Source: Candidatus Methylomirabilis sp.
Lineage (GTDB): Bacteria; Muiribacteriota; Ozemobacteria; Ozemobacterales; Ozemobacteraceae
Direction: 5' to 3'
Length of the DNA stretch: 64,000 nt
Assembly (NCBI GenBank): GCA_020722725.1
Contig: DYKG01000002.1
Span: 28,851 to 92,850, forward strand
Each line of letters starts with the position of its first letter. Position 1 is the first letter of the stretch. Below the pieces are notes generated by a model. That model saw nothing but the letters and a program-made list of their open reading frames with translations. It was not told the origin of the DNA and made no database searches. Position numbers and translations under genes: made by a program. Positions 18,889 through 29,787 of the stretch are shown here, piece by piece.

Positions 18889-19895
18889 ATTTTGCGGTTC
18901 TTGGAGCCGGGTCATGGGGCACCACGCTTGCCAACCTGCTGTGCGAAAACGGGCATCGGGTCAAAATCTGGGCCCGTGAGCCCGAAGTAGTAGATGGAAT
19001 CAACCGGCACCGGAAAAACCCTTATTTCGTATCGCACCTGAATCTTAGCAATACACTGGTAGCAGTATCTTCAATCGACCAGGCTCTTGACCAGGTTGAA
19101 TTTGCATTGACTTCCATCCCTTCAGGCTTCATCAGAGATACTTTAGCCCCTTACTCCCGCAAATTGAGAAACCTGAGAGGAATTCTAAACGTAGCCAAGG
19201 GATTTGAGCGGGGAACAGGAAAAAGACTTTCACAGCTGATCTGCGACATTATCGGCTCAGAACCAGAGTCTGCCGCCGACATTGTAGCCAGTCTTTCAGG
19301 GCCGAATCTGGCAGATGAGGTTGCGATGAAAAAACTGGGAGCTTCGGTAGTTGCATGCCATAACGATGAGCTGGCCAGGCTTTTTCAGGAAAGTTTTTCT
19401 AACCATTATTTCAGGATTTACCGACAATCGGACCGAACCGGAGTAGAGCTGGGCGGTACCTTGAAAAACATTTTTGCTATTGGTGCTGGCATTGTTGACG
19501 GCCTTGACCTTGGCGACAACGCCAAGGCAGCCTATCTTACCCGCAGTCTGCATGAGCTGGTTCGCCTTGGCACCGCGCTTGGCGGCGAAACAAAAACCTT
19601 TTACGGCCTGGCTGGTCTTGGCGACCTTATGGCGACCACATCTTCGCCACTTTCACGCAATCATAAGCTTGGGCAACAGATTGCTCGCGGCAAAACTCTG
19701 GAAGAAGTCATGGGCTCTTCCAAGATGGTTGTTGAAGGGGTTGAAACCGCTAAAATTGCAAGCGAATGGGGCAAAAAACTAAGGCTTCCGCTTCCAATTA
19801 CCGAAGAATTATGCAGGGTTTTGTTTGAACAATGCCCTCCAGAGATTGCGGCCAGAAATCTTATGAGTCGCTCCCTCAAAGCAGAAACTGATTGA
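18885..19895 (+). CDS. gpsA: NAD(P)H-dependent glycerol-3-phosphate dehydrogenase GpsA
   Basis: The N-terminus MNFAVLGAGSWGTTLANLL is a Rossmann motif, and the C-terminal domain is GpsA-like. Confidence 0.9.
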   Translation: MNFAVLGAGSWGTTLANLLCENGHRVKIWAREPEVVDGINRHRKNPYFVSHLNLSNTLVAVSSIDQALDQVEFALTSIPSGFIRDTLAPYSRKLRNLRGILNVAKGFERGTGKRLSQLICDIIGSEPESAADIVASLSGPNLADEVAMKKLGASVVACHNDELARLFQESFSNHYFRIYRQSDRTGVELGGTLKNIFAIGAGIVDGLDLGDNAKAAYLTRSLHELVRLGTALGGETKTFYGLAGLGDLMATTSSPLSRNHKLGQQIARGKTLEEVMGSSKMVVEGVETAKIASEWGKKLRLPLPITEELCRVLFEQCPPEIAARNLMSRSLKAETD

Positions 19896-19910
19896 CAGGA
19901 GCTTGATTTA

Positions 19911-21125
19911 ATGAAAAGCGCTTTGATAAAAGCCGTTGCGATTTTTGCTCTACTGCTGGTGCTGCTGGGCATTTACGTTGGAATTCGCCACTTTCAGAAG
20001 CAACTCCCACCGCCACCAGGCCTTAACCCGGTAAAAATTTCTTCCACCCCAATCGAGCAACAGGAAAAAACGACCCGAAAAATTGATTTTAAATTCGTCG
20101 ACGGTGAGCTCGAAATAAAATTCAATCAGGTTCCGCTGGTGGTAAAAAAAGAAGGAATCGAGGGAGACATTCTTAAATCTCTGGTTGAAAAAATTCCTGA
20201 ACTGGCAACGGCCAGTGTTCCCGCTCAACATTTGAAAGCGGCTCCCGGCGATTTTGAACGCCTGGTTCGCGGCGATGAAATTGAACAGGTTGATCGAGAA
20301 AAAACGCTCATAGCATTGGAAGTCGCGATTAAACAGGCTCAAGATGCCGCAACCATAACCGTTCCGCTGGCAAAAAAACCGGGCGATGGCCCCGAAAGCT
20401 TCAATAACAAGAGAAAAGAAATGGGATTCAACACTTTAATTGCTTCTTTCACCACATTTCATGAAGGTCATGTCGATGATGAAAACCGCAACGTCAATTT
20501 AAAAATTGCCGTTGAAAAAATCGATGGCCTTATCGTCCAGCCTGGCAAAAAATTCAGCTTCAACAAAGTTGTCGGCCCTCGAACTGAAAAGTGCGGCTTT
20601 AAAAAAGCCGGGGTAATTTCTCAGGGAAAAGTTATTCCCGGCCTGGGCGGTGGAATCTGCCAGGTCAGCACGACACTTTATCGTGGTGTGCTGTTGGCAG
20701 GCATGAAAATAGATGAACGCCACAATCATTCGATTTATGAAGGCATTGAGTATGCAGACCGCGGCCTTGACGCGGCAGTAGCCTGGGGCTACAAAGACTT
20801 TCGCTTCACCAACACTCTCGATCGGCCTGTTCTTATTTCGGCAAAATCTGAACCCGGTAAAGTTTTTATCGAACTTTATGCCGAAAAATTACCCTATGAA
20901 TCAGTGCAGCTGGTTACCAGAAATGAGCAGAAGCACCCATTTAGAATCGAAAAGAAAAAAAATACAAGACTTAAAAAAGGTGAAAATCGGGTCGTTCATC
21001 CTGGAGTTCACGGCTACACCATAGAATCCTACCGATTAATCACAAATAATGGTGAAACCCGCGAAGAAAAACTCAGCAAAGACCGCTACCTGACTTTCAA
21101 TCGAATAGAGGAGATCAATAATTGA
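19911..21125 (+). CDS. VanW-family protein with N-terminal TM anchor
   Basis: The motif GGGICQVSTTLYRGVLLAGMKIDERHNHS resembles the VanW core. Confidence 0.6.
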   Translation: MKSALIKAVAIFALLLVLLGIYVGIRHFQKQLPPPPGLNPVKISSTPIEQQEKTTRKIDFKFVDGELEIKFNQVPLVVKKEGIEGDILKSLVEKIPELATASVPAQHLKAAPGDFERLVRGDEIEQVDREKTLIALEVAIKQAQDAATITVPLAKKPGDGPESFNNKRKEMGFNTLIASFTTFHEGHVDDENRNVNLKIAVEKIDGLIVQPGKKFSFNKVVGPRTEKCGFKKAGVISQGKVIPGLGGGICQVSTTLYRGVLLAGMKIDERHNHSIYEGIEYADRGLDAAVAWGYKDFRFTNTLDRPVLISAKSEPGKVFIELYAEKLPYESVQLVTRNEQKHPFRIEKKKNTRLKKGENRVVHPGVHGYTIESYRLITNNGETREEKLSKDRYLTFNRIEEINN

Positions 21126-22489
21126 AGAGGCTTATTCCAGTTATTGTTCTGTTAAATTCAGCTCTGGCAGCTTTTGCCCTTGATCTTTCGGAATTTACCG
21201 TTAAAGGTTTCGAAGGCAAAGGCCAGCTTGAATTCAACACACCAGAAGACCTGATTTTGTCAGAAGACGGCCGAATCATTGTTGCTGACCAGAAAAACAA
21301 TCGCCTGCAAATATTGACCCGTGAAGGCGATTTTATACGATTCATCCCTCAGATGCAGACAGTGCAAGAGAATGCAGACCCCGCAGTAAAAGAAGCGGCA
21401 AAAGTTAATTTCGACAAACTTGTTTCCCTGATGAAAAAGCCAACCGGACTGGCTTTCGACAAAGCTAAACGTCTATATGTGAGCTGCATGGACAGCGATA
21501 TTATTCTGATTCTCGATTTCGAATCGGGAACCCTGCTGGGAACCATCGGAAAATCAGGTAAAAGCCAGGGCGACCTGAAAAGTCCGATGGATATCGATAT
21601 AGCTGCTGACGGAAGAATCGCAGTTGCCGAATGGCAGAACCAGCGCGTTCAGATCCTTGATCAACAGGGAAAATGTATAAAAGAGATCGTTTACAATGAA
21701 CAAACCAAAAAAGGTGGTTTCAAAGCCATTCAGCCCAGAGGTGTATTCTGGACCGCTGAAGGAAAACTCCTGGTAAGCTACCCGCTTTTCAATCAGGTGG
21801 TCTGCTGGAACGTTGAAAGCGGAGAACTTGAATGGCGTTATGGAGTTAAGGGGCGTGACCGGGGCATGCTAAATAATCCTTCTTTCATTAACTATACTCC
21901 CGAAGGGCGTGTTCTCATTTCTGACAGCCAGAATAACCGAATCGTCGAAATCACCAGAGATGGAAAATACTATTTAAATTATCCGATCAGAAAAGGCTCT
22001 GCCCCTGGACGCCTCATCTCTCCGCGCGGATTGATGGTAAACAATGATGAGACACTGGTAGTTGCCGATCAGGGCAATAACCGCGTTCATTTTTTCCAAC
22101 CCGGGCAAGCAACGCTGATGTTGCGAGAAGTTAAAGAACTGGCCCTGAAAGACGACTGGGGTTCGGCCATGCCGAAGATAGAAAGAATTCTTTACCTTAA
22201 ACCAAACGATGAACAGGCCAGAGAACTAATGGTCAATGCGTTATATTATTTTGGCGACCGGTCTTTCAGTGAAGGTGATTTTCTTAAATCAGAAGAGTAT
22301 TTTCGCCGCATACTTCGCTACCGCCCCGACGATCCCAATGTTCCCCAGAAGCTCGATGCGATTTTCTGGGCTTCAAATCAGGGCTTGATTGCCAGCGTGG
22401 TTTTTGGCATTATAGCTGTCATCATCGCTTTGATTATGATCTGGATATTTAAAAACATTTTATCCAGATTCGTTTTCAGAAGAACTTAA
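21122..22489 (+). CDS. NHL-repeat beta-propeller protein with TPR segment and C-terminal TM
   Basis: A signal peptide is followed by repeats carrying NNRLQIL, NQRVQIL, NNRIVEI and NNRVHFF. A C-terminal hydrophobic helix follows. Confidence 0.6.
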   Translation: MKRLIPVIVLLNSALAAFALDLSEFTVKGFEGKGQLEFNTPEDLILSEDGRIIVADQKNNRLQILTREGDFIRFIPQMQTVQENADPAVKEAAKVNFDKLVSLMKKPTGLAFDKAKRLYVSCMDSDIILILDFESGTLLGTIGKSGKSQGDLKSPMDIDIAADGRIAVAEWQNQRVQILDQQGKCIKEIVYNEQTKKGGFKAIQPRGVFWTAEGKLLVSYPLFNQVVCWNVESGELEWRYGVKGRDRGMLNNPSFINYTPEGRVLISDSQNNRIVEITRDGKYYLNYPIRKGSAPGRLISPRGLMVNNDETLVVADQGNNRVHFFQPGQATLMLREVKELALKDDWGSAMPKIERILYLKPNDEQARELMVNALYYFGDRSFSEGDFLKSEEYFRRILRYRPDDPNVPQKLDAIFWASNQGLIASVVFGIIAVIIALIMIWIFKNILSRFVFRRT

Positions 22490-22500
22490 GAGGTCAACAA

Positions 22501-24303
22501 TTGTCACAGAAACGAATCCGCAACTTCTGCATCATCGCCCACATCGATCATGGCAAATCAACTCTGGCTGACCGTCTTATCGAAAGCACTTCAACGGTCA
22601 GCAAGAGAGAAATGAAAGAACAGCTTCTCGATTCAATGGATCTTGAACGGGAGCGTGGCATTACCATCAAAGCCCAGGCCGTTAGAATGTTCTATACAGC
22701 AAAAGATGGGATCGAATATACATTGAACCTCATCGACACCCCGGGGCACGTAGATTTTTCCTATGAGGTCTCTCGGTCTATCGCTGCCTGTGAGGGAGCG
22801 CTTCTTGTAGTTGATGCAAGCCAGGGCGTCGAAGCCCAGACCATGGCCAACGCTACCCTTGCTCTGGCTCAGGATCTTGAAATTATTCCGGTTATCAACA
22901 AGATTGATTTGCCCGCCGCCGACCCCGATAAAGTTAAAGAAGAAATTGAATCGCTGATCGGTGTCGATTGTTCAGATGCAATTCTAGTATCTGCCAAAGA
23001 GGGAATAGGCATAGATGCACTTCTTGAGAGAGTCGTTGAGCGTGTTCCTGCACCCAGAGGGGATGCAAGCGCACCCCTTCGCGCCCTGGTGTTCGACGCA
23101 AAATATGATTCATATAAGGGAGTCGTTGTTTATTGCCGAGTTGTTGACGGTGAGTTCAAGAACGGCGACATGATCAAATTCCTTTCAACCGATGCTCCTT
23201 TTGAAATTCTTGAAACTGGGGTTTTCATTCCCAAACCGGTTCTCCAGGAAAAAATAACCACCGGAAACGTTGGCTTTTTCTGTGCGTCGATCAAAGAAAT
23301 GGGCCATGTAAAAATTGGTGACACGGTTGTTCACACCAAAAAAGCTGATGTACAGCCGATCCCTGGTTTTCAGCAGGCAAAACAGATGGTTTTCTGTGGC
23401 CTTTACCCGGTTGAAGCCAACGAGTTCAATGAATTGCGAAATGCGCTTGAAAAGTTAACTCTCAATGATTCAAGCCTTTCATACATTCCAGAAAATTCAC
23501 TTGCACTTGGTTTTGGCTTCAGATGTGGTTTTCTTGGCTTACTGCATATGGAAATTATTCAGGAGCGACTCGAACGGGAATATAACCTTGATCTTGTAAC
23601 CACCGCCCCAAACGTTGTTTATGAAGTTGCGAAAATTGATGGAACCTCATTTGAAATCGATTCTCCGTCCAAACTTCCGGAATACAATGAAATCGAAGAA
23701 ATTCGTGAGCCTTTCGTACATTGCACGATATTTATGCCGAAAGAATACATCGGCACCATCATGGAACTTGGTCAGGAAAGACGCGGGGTAATGAAACACA
23801 TGGAATTCATTTCGGAAAACCGGGTTTCAATTTCATTCGATCTTCCGCTCTCAGAAATTGTCGTAGATTTCTACGACAAGCTCAAAGGCCGAACCCGCGG
23901 CTACGCATCGATGGATTATGAGCACATCGGCAACCGTGCCGCCGATATTTCGAGAATCGACATCCTGGTTAATGGCGAAAAAGTTGATGCATTGTCATTC
24001 ATGTGTCATCGAGAAAGGGCGGAATATCGTGGCAGACTGGTAATCGCCAAACTCCGCAAGCTTATTCCGCGCCACCAGTTCCAGATCCCTCTCCAGGCCG
24101 CGATTGGGGCAAAAATTATAGCCCGTGAAAACATTCCCGCTTACCGCAAAGATGTTACGGCAAAATGTTATGGCGGCGATATTTCACGCAAGCGCAAGCT
24201 TCTTGAAAAGCAGAAAGAGGGAAAAAAGCGAATGAAGATGGTTGGCCGTGTCGAGATCCCTCAGAAAGCGTTTATGTCAGTTCTGCGCCCAGAAGAGGAT
24301 TAA
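22501..24303 (+). CDS. lepA: Elongation factor 4 (LepA)
   Basis: The N-terminus [21 protein letters not shown] and DTPGHVDF are GTPase motifs, and the C-terminal domain is LepA-specific. It has a TTG start. Confidence 0.92.
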   Translation: MSQKRIRNFCIIAHIDHGKSTLADRLIESTSTVSKREMKEQLLDSMDLERERGITIKAQAVRMFYTAKDGIEYTLNLIDTPGHVDFSYEVSRSIAACEGALLVVDASQGVEAQTMANATLALAQDLEIIPVINKIDLPAADPDKVKEEIESLIGVDCSDAILVSAKEGIGIDALLERVVERVPAPRGDASAPLRALVFDAKYDSYKGVVVYCRVVDGEFKNGDMIKFLSTDAPFEILETGVFIPKPVLQEKITTGNVGFFCASIKEMGHVKIGDTVVHTKKADVQPIPGFQQAKQMVFCGLYPVEANEFNELRNALEKLTLNDSSLSYIPENSLALGFGFRCGFLGLLHMEIIQERLEREYNLDLVTTAPNVVYEVAKIDGTSFEIDSPSKLPEYNEIEEIREPFVHCTIFMPKEYIGTIMELGQERRGVMKHMEFISENRVSISFDLPLSEIVVDFYDKLKGRTRGYASMDYEHIGNRAADISRIDILVNGEKVDALSFMCHRERAEYRGRLVIAKLRKLIPRHQFQIPLQAAIGAKIIARENIPAYRKDVTAKCYGGDISRKRKLLEKQKEGKKRMKMVGRVEIPQKAFMSVLRPEED

Positions 24304-24430
24304 TTCTCGACTGGATGGTAATAAGCATATTTCTCGCTGTCATCGCAAACCAGGCGTGGTCTTGGAATGGTTAGAGCCGCCAGGCCGCGCAATTTTTAAA
24401 TATATAATTAATTGAAAGAAAACAAAATAT

Positions 24431-26320
24431 TTATCTTCGGTCCAGGGCTGCTCTGGCGGCACGGCGCACCTGTGACGACTGATCAGATTTCGCCATTTTT
24501 TTCAGACATAAAACGGCGCTTTCATTGGAAAATCTTGCCAAAGCCTTCACCAAAGCGTATCTTACTTCTTCTGAATAATCGCCCGCTTTTTCCAGAAGGG
24601 GCTTCAAAGACGTTTCTGCGCCGATTCTTCCCAGAGAGCTTATTACAGAAGCCCTGACAAATTCGTTCTCATCTTCAACAGCAGTCAGCAGAATTTCTAC
24701 TGCCATTGCCTCGCGACAGTCGCCCAAAGCATTGGCGGCGCTACCACGGATATTGGGATTTTTGTCCTGCAACCCGTCACGCAGCTTCATCAGGTTTTCA
24801 GAGACATGCAGAAATCTTTCATCCTTACCTTCAGTTCGCTGAAATGAATTAGGCGGCACCTCTGCTTTTTCGTATTTTTTTGCCTCGGGCTGAACGATGT
24901 CATTTTTTATGATAAGCCCAACCAGCTCGCTATCAAGACGTTTAGAGGCTTCGATCAGCTCATCGAGAATATCCAGATTTTCCTGACCCATTAAAGCCAT
25001 CGAGGCTTTATAACTAACTTCCGAATCGTCTGATTTTAGAAAATCCCTGAGTATTCGTACTGATTCGTCACTTTTAATCTGGCCCAGCACTTCCATGAGT
25101 GCGATTCGGCTTTTACGATTGGCAAATTCAAGTCTTTTTTTGACTTCACTGATTATTTCATCACTGTTGTAAGCTGCAATAGCTTTGGCAGCCGAAAAGC
25201 TTACAACTTCACTATCATCGGAAACACAGTCAAAAAGAACGTTCAAAGCACTCGGATGGCCGGAAGCACCAAGTGCATAAGCAACTGAAGAGCGCACATA
25301 CTTGTCGGGGTCTGAAATTGCGCCGATCAATGCCATTACAACCCCTTCCTCGCGACGACCGCTCAATGCCGCTGCTGCTGAATAACGAACTGCGACATTC
25401 TCATCTTTCAAAGCCCGCAAAAGCGATTCGGTTGATTTTTCATTTCCCATGCCCCCAAGAGCTTCGGCCGCCATGAAGCGAACCGATTCAACTTCGTAGG
25501 GATTTTCAAGGGCTTCGATCAAAGGATCGACAACCTCTTCATTTTCCAGGCCAATTGCCGCTTTTGCTGCCATCTGACGCAACTGCTGACTGTTGTCTTT
25601 TAAACCTCTGATGACCAAATCTTTTCTAGGAATCGGTGTTCCATCTGACTGAAAATATTCTTTGGGTAACTGATCAATTTTAAAAACAACCAGTTCTTTG
25701 AAATTATATGGGCTTTCGGCTGTGGAATCAGTTTTGCCTTCATTCTTGTCAGCCACATCTTCCGAAGTCTCAGCTCTTATGTTCTCATTCATTTCCTTCA
25801 TCAGTTGCACATCATTACGCCGGGAAATTTCAAGCAGAGGCTCAATTGCCCTTGGATCGCCGATTTTACCCAGTGCAATAGCGGCGGCAGCAGAAATTGC
25901 TGAATCTGGCTCGTATAGGGCCTCAATTAGAGCTGGAACTGCTTCAATCAAACCCTGGTCACCGGCCTGATAAATTGCCGGAATGCGTTTTTCCGGTGCT
26001 GCAGAAAAGGTTTTAATCAAGACCAGAGGATCGGCCGGTGCTATTTTTTCTTTGGCTTCACTCTTTGTCTGAGTATGATCTATTGCTTGAGCTTCTTTTT
26101 CACGGCCTTCGGTTTCCTGCAAGTGTTCATCAACAAATTTTTCTTTTGCTATGGGCGCAGGCGACGGGTCTATTTTCCTTTCAGCTCTTGGTTCTGGTTG
26201 TCGAACTTCCCGGGAAGGCTGACTATCAACCGCCTTTCTGCGGCTGGCCATAACTCTCATGGCGACCACCACCACGAGAAAAACAAGACCGATTAGCAAT
26301 ATTTGATCAACCGTTGTCAT
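24431..26320 (-). CDS. HEAT-repeat (PBS-lyase type) protein with N-terminal TM anchor
   Basis: Multiple VR.SAA.ALG repeats are visible (VRYSAAAALSG, VRSSVAYALGASG, IRGSAANALGD, VRRAARAAL). Confidence 0.7.
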   Translation of the reverse strand: MTTVDQILLIGLVFLVVVVAMRVMASRRKAVDSQPSREVRQPEPRAERKIDPSPAPIAKEKFVDEHLQETEGREKEAQAIDHTQTKSEAKEKIAPADPLVLIKTFSAAPEKRIPAIYQAGDQGLIEAVPALIEALYEPDSAISAAAAIALGKIGDPRAIEPLLEISRRNDVQLMKEMNENIRAETSEDVADKNEGKTDSTAESPYNFKELVVFKIDQLPKEYFQSDGTPIPRKDLVIRGLKDNSQQLRQMAAKAAIGLENEEVVDPLIEALENPYEVESVRFMAAEALGGMGNEKSTESLLRALKDENVAVRYSAAAALSGRREEGVVMALIGAISDPDKYVRSSVAYALGASGHPSALNVLFDCVSDDSEVVSFSAAKAIAAYNSDEIISEVKKRLEFANRKSRIALMEVLGQIKSDESVRILRDFLKSDDSEVSYKASMALMGQENLDILDELIEASKRLDSELVGLIIKNDIVQPEAKKYEKAEVPPNSFQRTEGKDERFLHVSENLMKLRDGLQDKNPNIRGSAANALGDCREAMAVEILLTAVEDENEFVRASVISSLGRIGAETSLKPLLEKAGDYSEEVRYALVKALARFSNESAVLCLKKMAKSDQSSQVRRAARAALDRR

Positions 26321-26393
26321 TGCCCACAGTATCGACCATTATACGTAAAAATTTTACTTTTTTATCAAAATAAAATCTGGTAGAATCCGGGCA

Positions 26394-26939
26394 ATGCAGA
26401 TTATCGACAACGTAATAATTTCTGATGAAGTCTGGAACACGCGCTTTGCCTGTGACCTCTCGCAATGCCGTGGCAAATGCTGCCAGATTGGCGATCTTGG
26501 CGCACCAATCAGCGACGAAGAAGCTCAAACAATCAAAGCCACCTTTCCAAAACTGACCGGTTATCTCAAGCCTTCACAGATTAATTTTCTGCAGGCCGGT
26601 GTGGTTGAGGTTTACAAAGGGAGCCTTCATATTAGAGAAGTCGCGGAAAACACACCCTGCCCACTTGCCTTTATTTCACCAGAGAATGTGATTTTGTGCT
26701 CTCTTCATGCCTACGCACTTGATGAAAAGAAGCCTTTGCTCGATTGCAAGCCATTATGGTGCTCGCTTTTTCCGCTGATGCTGAAAAAAAGCGGTGAAAG
26801 CTGGATGATCAACCTGCATATTCCGGATTTCTGCCGTTCCCAGCCCAATCCACCGCCGATTCTTTTAAGTTTCGGGGAACTGCTGACAACTTTTTTCGGT
26901 AACCAATGGCTGGAAAAAGTTAAATCGGCTTATCAGTAA
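26394..26939 (+). CDS. Cys-rich conserved hypothetical (CxxCxGxCC motif, DUF3109-like)
   Basis: The motif CDLSQCRGKCCQIGD appears near the N-terminus. Confidence 0.45.
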   Translation: MQIIDNVIISDEVWNTRFACDLSQCRGKCCQIGDLGAPISDEEAQTIKATFPKLTGYLKPSQINFLQAGVVEVYKGSLHIREVAENTPCPLAFISPENVILCSLHAYALDEKKPLLDCKPLWCSLFPLMLKKSGESWMINLHIPDFCRSQPNPPPILLSFGELLTTFFGNQWLEKVKSAYQ

Positions 26940-27481
26940 AAATACTCTTTCCAGGCTCCGGCCCTGGGGTGTGAAAGAGTTTTTACCGGTTCGGCTCCCA
27001 CCCTTTCGCCATATTTGAGCTCATCGAAACGGGCAAAGTATTCTTTTGCTGCGTCTCTTTTATCCATCTTGACCAGCAGTTCACCGGCGCGATCATATAA
27101 CGCTGGTATTCTTCGGTGCTTTTCAATCAACTCGCGAACCAGCCAGAAAGCTTCTTCGTAATAACCCTTGCTTTCAAGAACCTTGCTCAGAAACCACTGA
27201 GCGAACTCGTGGTCAGGCTTCAATTCAAGGGTGCGTCGATATTCTTTAATAGCTTCGTCTTCCATTTCAAGACTATAATAAAGATTGGCGATCTGATAGC
27301 TGAGTTCAGGATTCTTCGGATCTTTGGTGCGCATATCCTTGAGACGATGATAATAGCGTTCGCGATCCTTAACGTTTATACCGGTAGTACCCGGGTCACC
27401 GCCATAGGTGTTGGGCAGGGTAAAAAACAGAAGCATCGCTGCTGTTATTACTGCAAACAGGCTTAAAAATTTCTTTTTCAT
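26933..27481 (-). CDS. TPR-repeat lipoprotein/secreted protein
   Basis: A signal peptide is followed by TPR-like helices (ANLYYSLEMEDEAIKEYRRTLELKPDH). Confidence 0.6.
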   Translation of the reverse strand: MKKKFLSLFAVITAAMLLFFTLPNTYGGDPGTTGINVKDRERYYHRLKDMRTKDPKNPELSYQIANLYYSLEMEDEAIKEYRRTLELKPDHEFAQWFLSKVLESKGYYEEAFWLVRELIEKHRRIPALYDRAGELLVKMDKRDAAKEYFARFDELKYGERVGAEPVKTLSHPRAGAWKEYFY

Positions 27482-27520
27482 AGCCGGTCTAATCGGTAAA
27501 TTTCAAAAAAAAAGTAATAA

Positions 27521-27550
27521 AAAAAGGGCAGAAAATTCTGCCCTTTTTTT
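27521..27550. terminator. Rho-independent terminator (symmetric, usable in both directions) downstream of the 27564..28463 gene
   Basis: The sequence is AAAAA-GGGCAGAA-AAT-TTCTGCCC-TTTTTTT. Confidence 0.8.
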
Positions 27551-27563
27551 ATGAATTCAAGAT

Positions 27564-28463
27564 TTAGATGTCAGAAGTGCCTTCCTGATCAGCATCTTCT
27601 ACGGTATCAGAACCTTCGCCATCATCTGTTTCAGTTTCAGATGTCGAACCACCCATATCTTCAGAAGTATCTGATTCTTCTGAATCGAGGCTCTGTTCGT
27701 AAGCTTCAGCTTCTGACCAGCCCTGTTTCCAACCATCTTTACCAGCCTGGAAAATCTGGCCAAGCATATCGCCGAAGCCCTTGTCAGCATTGGCGGCAGT
27801 CTGACCTATCTGTTCAATTACCTTACCAATGTTGTCGAGCATTGTGCCTACTGAATACAAAACTTTACCCACGTTCATTAGAGCCTGACCAATAGCTGCG
27901 GTCCAGGGAATGGCCGACAAGGCTTTACCGATTAACTGTAGAGACTGACCCACAGTTTTCAGCAATTGACCAATTTTCTGCAGAAGCTGACCAGTTTTGA
28001 TCAATGCGCCCTGAATGCCTGCTTTTACTTTTGCAAGTTTGTCAAGCGCATCGCCATCACCACTGATAGCATCGCCAATCGATTTTACTTCGCCGGCAGC
28101 ATCTTTAGCTGTATCTTTAACGTCTTTAACTTCAGTTTTGGCACTGTCGAGCTTAGAGTTTGCTTCTCTGATTTTTCTCTTCGTACTCTTACTCATGTAC
28201 CATTTAGTTTTTGCCTTTTTGGTAGTGCTAAGCTTTTCATAGGCCTCATCAGTTTTTTCACTGCCCTCTTCGGCTTTTTCAGCAGAGGTAGCCATTGCTT
28301 TATCATCATCTACTTCTGGTGCTGCAGCAGCATCTTCAGAGCCAGCATCACTAGACCCATCCACCGAAATATCCGCAGCATAGACAGCCACCTGTAAAAT
28401 CAGCGGATTAAAAATCAAGGCGAAGCACAGCACCATCGACAACCAGAAATTACATTTTTTCAT
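27564..28463 (-). CDS. Secreted repetitive amphipathic protein with poly-acidic C-terminal tail
   Basis: A signal peptide is followed by Lys/Asp-rich helices and then tandem degenerate repeats (IGQLLKTVGQSLQLIGKAL, NVGKVLYSVGTMLDNIGKVIEQIGQTA). The C-terminus is Asp/Glu/Ser/Thr-rich. Confidence 0.55.
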   Translation of the reverse strand: MKKCNFWLSMVLCFALIFNPLILQVAVYAADISVDGSSDAGSEDAAAAPEVDDDKAMATSAEKAEEGSEKTDEAYEKLSTTKKAKTKWYMSKSTKRKIREANSKLDSAKTEVKDVKDTAKDAAGEVKSIGDAISGDGDALDKLAKVKAGIQGALIKTGQLLQKIGQLLKTVGQSLQLIGKALSAIPWTAAIGQALMNVGKVLYSVGTMLDNIGKVIEQIGQTAANADKGFGDMLGQIFQAGKDGWKQGWSEAEAYEQSLDSEESDTSEDMGGSTSETETDDGEGSDTVEDADQEGTSDI

Positions 28464-28535
28464 ATTAAACTCCTCCTGAACATTTTTATCTTCTGCAAAA
28501 CTTACGTAACAAATTTATTTTTCGTTGCTGTAGGC

Positions 28536-29219
28536 TTACAATTTTTTGTGGCCAGTTTCAAAACGCCAGTATGGATTATTCGTACTGCTGTTTAGAAAAG
28601 GGCTTGAGATTGAAGTAGTAAGCTCCAGGGCACTACCAATTTTTTCAGAACCGTATAGATTCTCTCCTTCATGAATTTTTAATCTTACCCACAGAAGAGG
28701 AACAGCCTCTTCGAGCTGATGAACGTAAACCTTGAATTCGACATCTTCGATGCCCGTGAACTTCTGGGTTTTACCGCCTTCACCACTACGAATTAAGGTT
28801 TTTGCCGAGCTGTCAAATTCATACCGAACCTGCTCAACCGTAGGTTTTTCACTGGTTGGCAAAAAAGCAAATTTGTAAAACAGAAGACCGTTTGGCAAGA
28901 CCTGAATCAAATCGCCAGCATTGCCTCCAACGCCTGAAACTGTTGCAAAAATCTGCTTTCGGGTTCTCTGAAAGTCAGAGTAACTTACATCGTCAGGATC
29001 CTCAAGTCTTGGGCAGGCACATGAGAAATCGCGTCTCAGATAATTTATCGCCAGACGACCCTCTTTAAGATTCTGCAAATTAACGGTTCCATAAAGAAAA
29101 TGATGCCGGGTACTTGATAAAAACTGAAAAATCAGAAGAAAAGCCACCAAAGCAACTGCTACGCTAATAGTCATTTCCACCAGCGTAAAAGCGTTTCTAT
29201 TTTTGTTTAAAATTTTCAT
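28536..29219 (-). CDS. Prepilin-type pseudopilin
   Basis: The N-terminus MKILNKNRNA|FTLVEMTISVAVALVAFLLIF has E at +5. Confidence 0.78.
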   Translation of the reverse strand: MKILNKNRNAFTLVEMTISVAVALVAFLLIFQFLSSTRHHFLYGTVNLQNLKEGRLAINYLRRDFSCACPRLEDPDDVSYSDFQRTRKQIFATVSGVGGNAGDLIQVLPNGLLFYKFAFLPTSEKPTVEQVRYEFDSSAKTLIRSGEGGKTQKFTGIEDVEFKVYVHQLEEAVPLLWVRLKIHEGENLYGSEKIGSALELTTSISSPFLNSSTNNPYWRFETGHKKL

Positions 29220-29220
29220 T

Positions 29221-29787
29221 TTATTCTAACAGACTCTCATCATTTAAAATCAGCACCGATAGCTGTACCTGACGACTTCTGTCGTCTGACACATTGGGAT
29301 TAGCAGGTCGATACCCCTCGCTCCATTTAACCGTCACCGTAACTTTCTTTAAAAGATCAGCATGAACATATGAATCGGTAACATCTTCGATTTTGATTTC
29401 TCGAAAGAAAAAAGCATTGTTATACTGTTCTGAATAAGCAATTGAGTCTGCGGTCAATCCGTCGCCAGACCAGACAGTATTTTTGGGATTCCCAACCGCA
29501 ATGCTTGCGGGTTTCATGTTGCTGCCATCATCGATAGAAATCGGCTCAGAAAAGGCTGAAAAAATTTCCGGGGTAACCTTGCTGTATGGAACTACTGATG
29601 CCCATTCAATTGCCTCATTGGCCAACTCCATCGCCCTCAGATAATTAATCGCCCTGGAAGTATCAGTTCTGGTCGAAGTTACCATATAAACTATTGGCAC
29701 AGCGCAGGCCGAAACCACAGCAATGGCGATCAGAACTTCAATGAAGCTGATCCCCTTGTTTGCCATCTGCCGGCCTGGGCTTATCAT
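29221..29787 (-). CDS. Prepilin-type pseudopilin (GspG/PilE-like N-terminus)
   Basis: The N-terminus MISPGRQMANKG|ISFIEVLIAIAVVSACAV has G at -1 and E at +5. Confidence 0.78.
   Translation of the reverse strand: MISPGRQMANKGISFIEVLIAIAVVSACAVPIVYMVTSTRTDTSRAINYLRAMELANEAIEWASVVPYSKVTPEIFSAFSEPISIDDGSNMKPASIAVGNPKNTVWSGDGLTADSIAYSEQYNNAFFFREIKIEDVTDSYVHADLLKKVTVTVKWSEGYRPANPNVSDDRSRQVQLSVLILNDESLLE

Noticed and set aside
24304-24430. GC-rich segment GAGCCGCCAGGCCGCGC between convergent lepA and the HEAT-repeat gene as a terminator hairpin
   Set aside because: It contains direct rather than inverted repeats. No convincing stem-loop plus U-tract could be drawn.
27564-28463. The repetitive protein as the variable target of a diversity-generating retroelement
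   Set aside because: No reverse transcriptase gene is in the window. No template-repeat/variable-repeat DNA pair is evident. The repeats are at the protein level, not near-identical DNA repeats.
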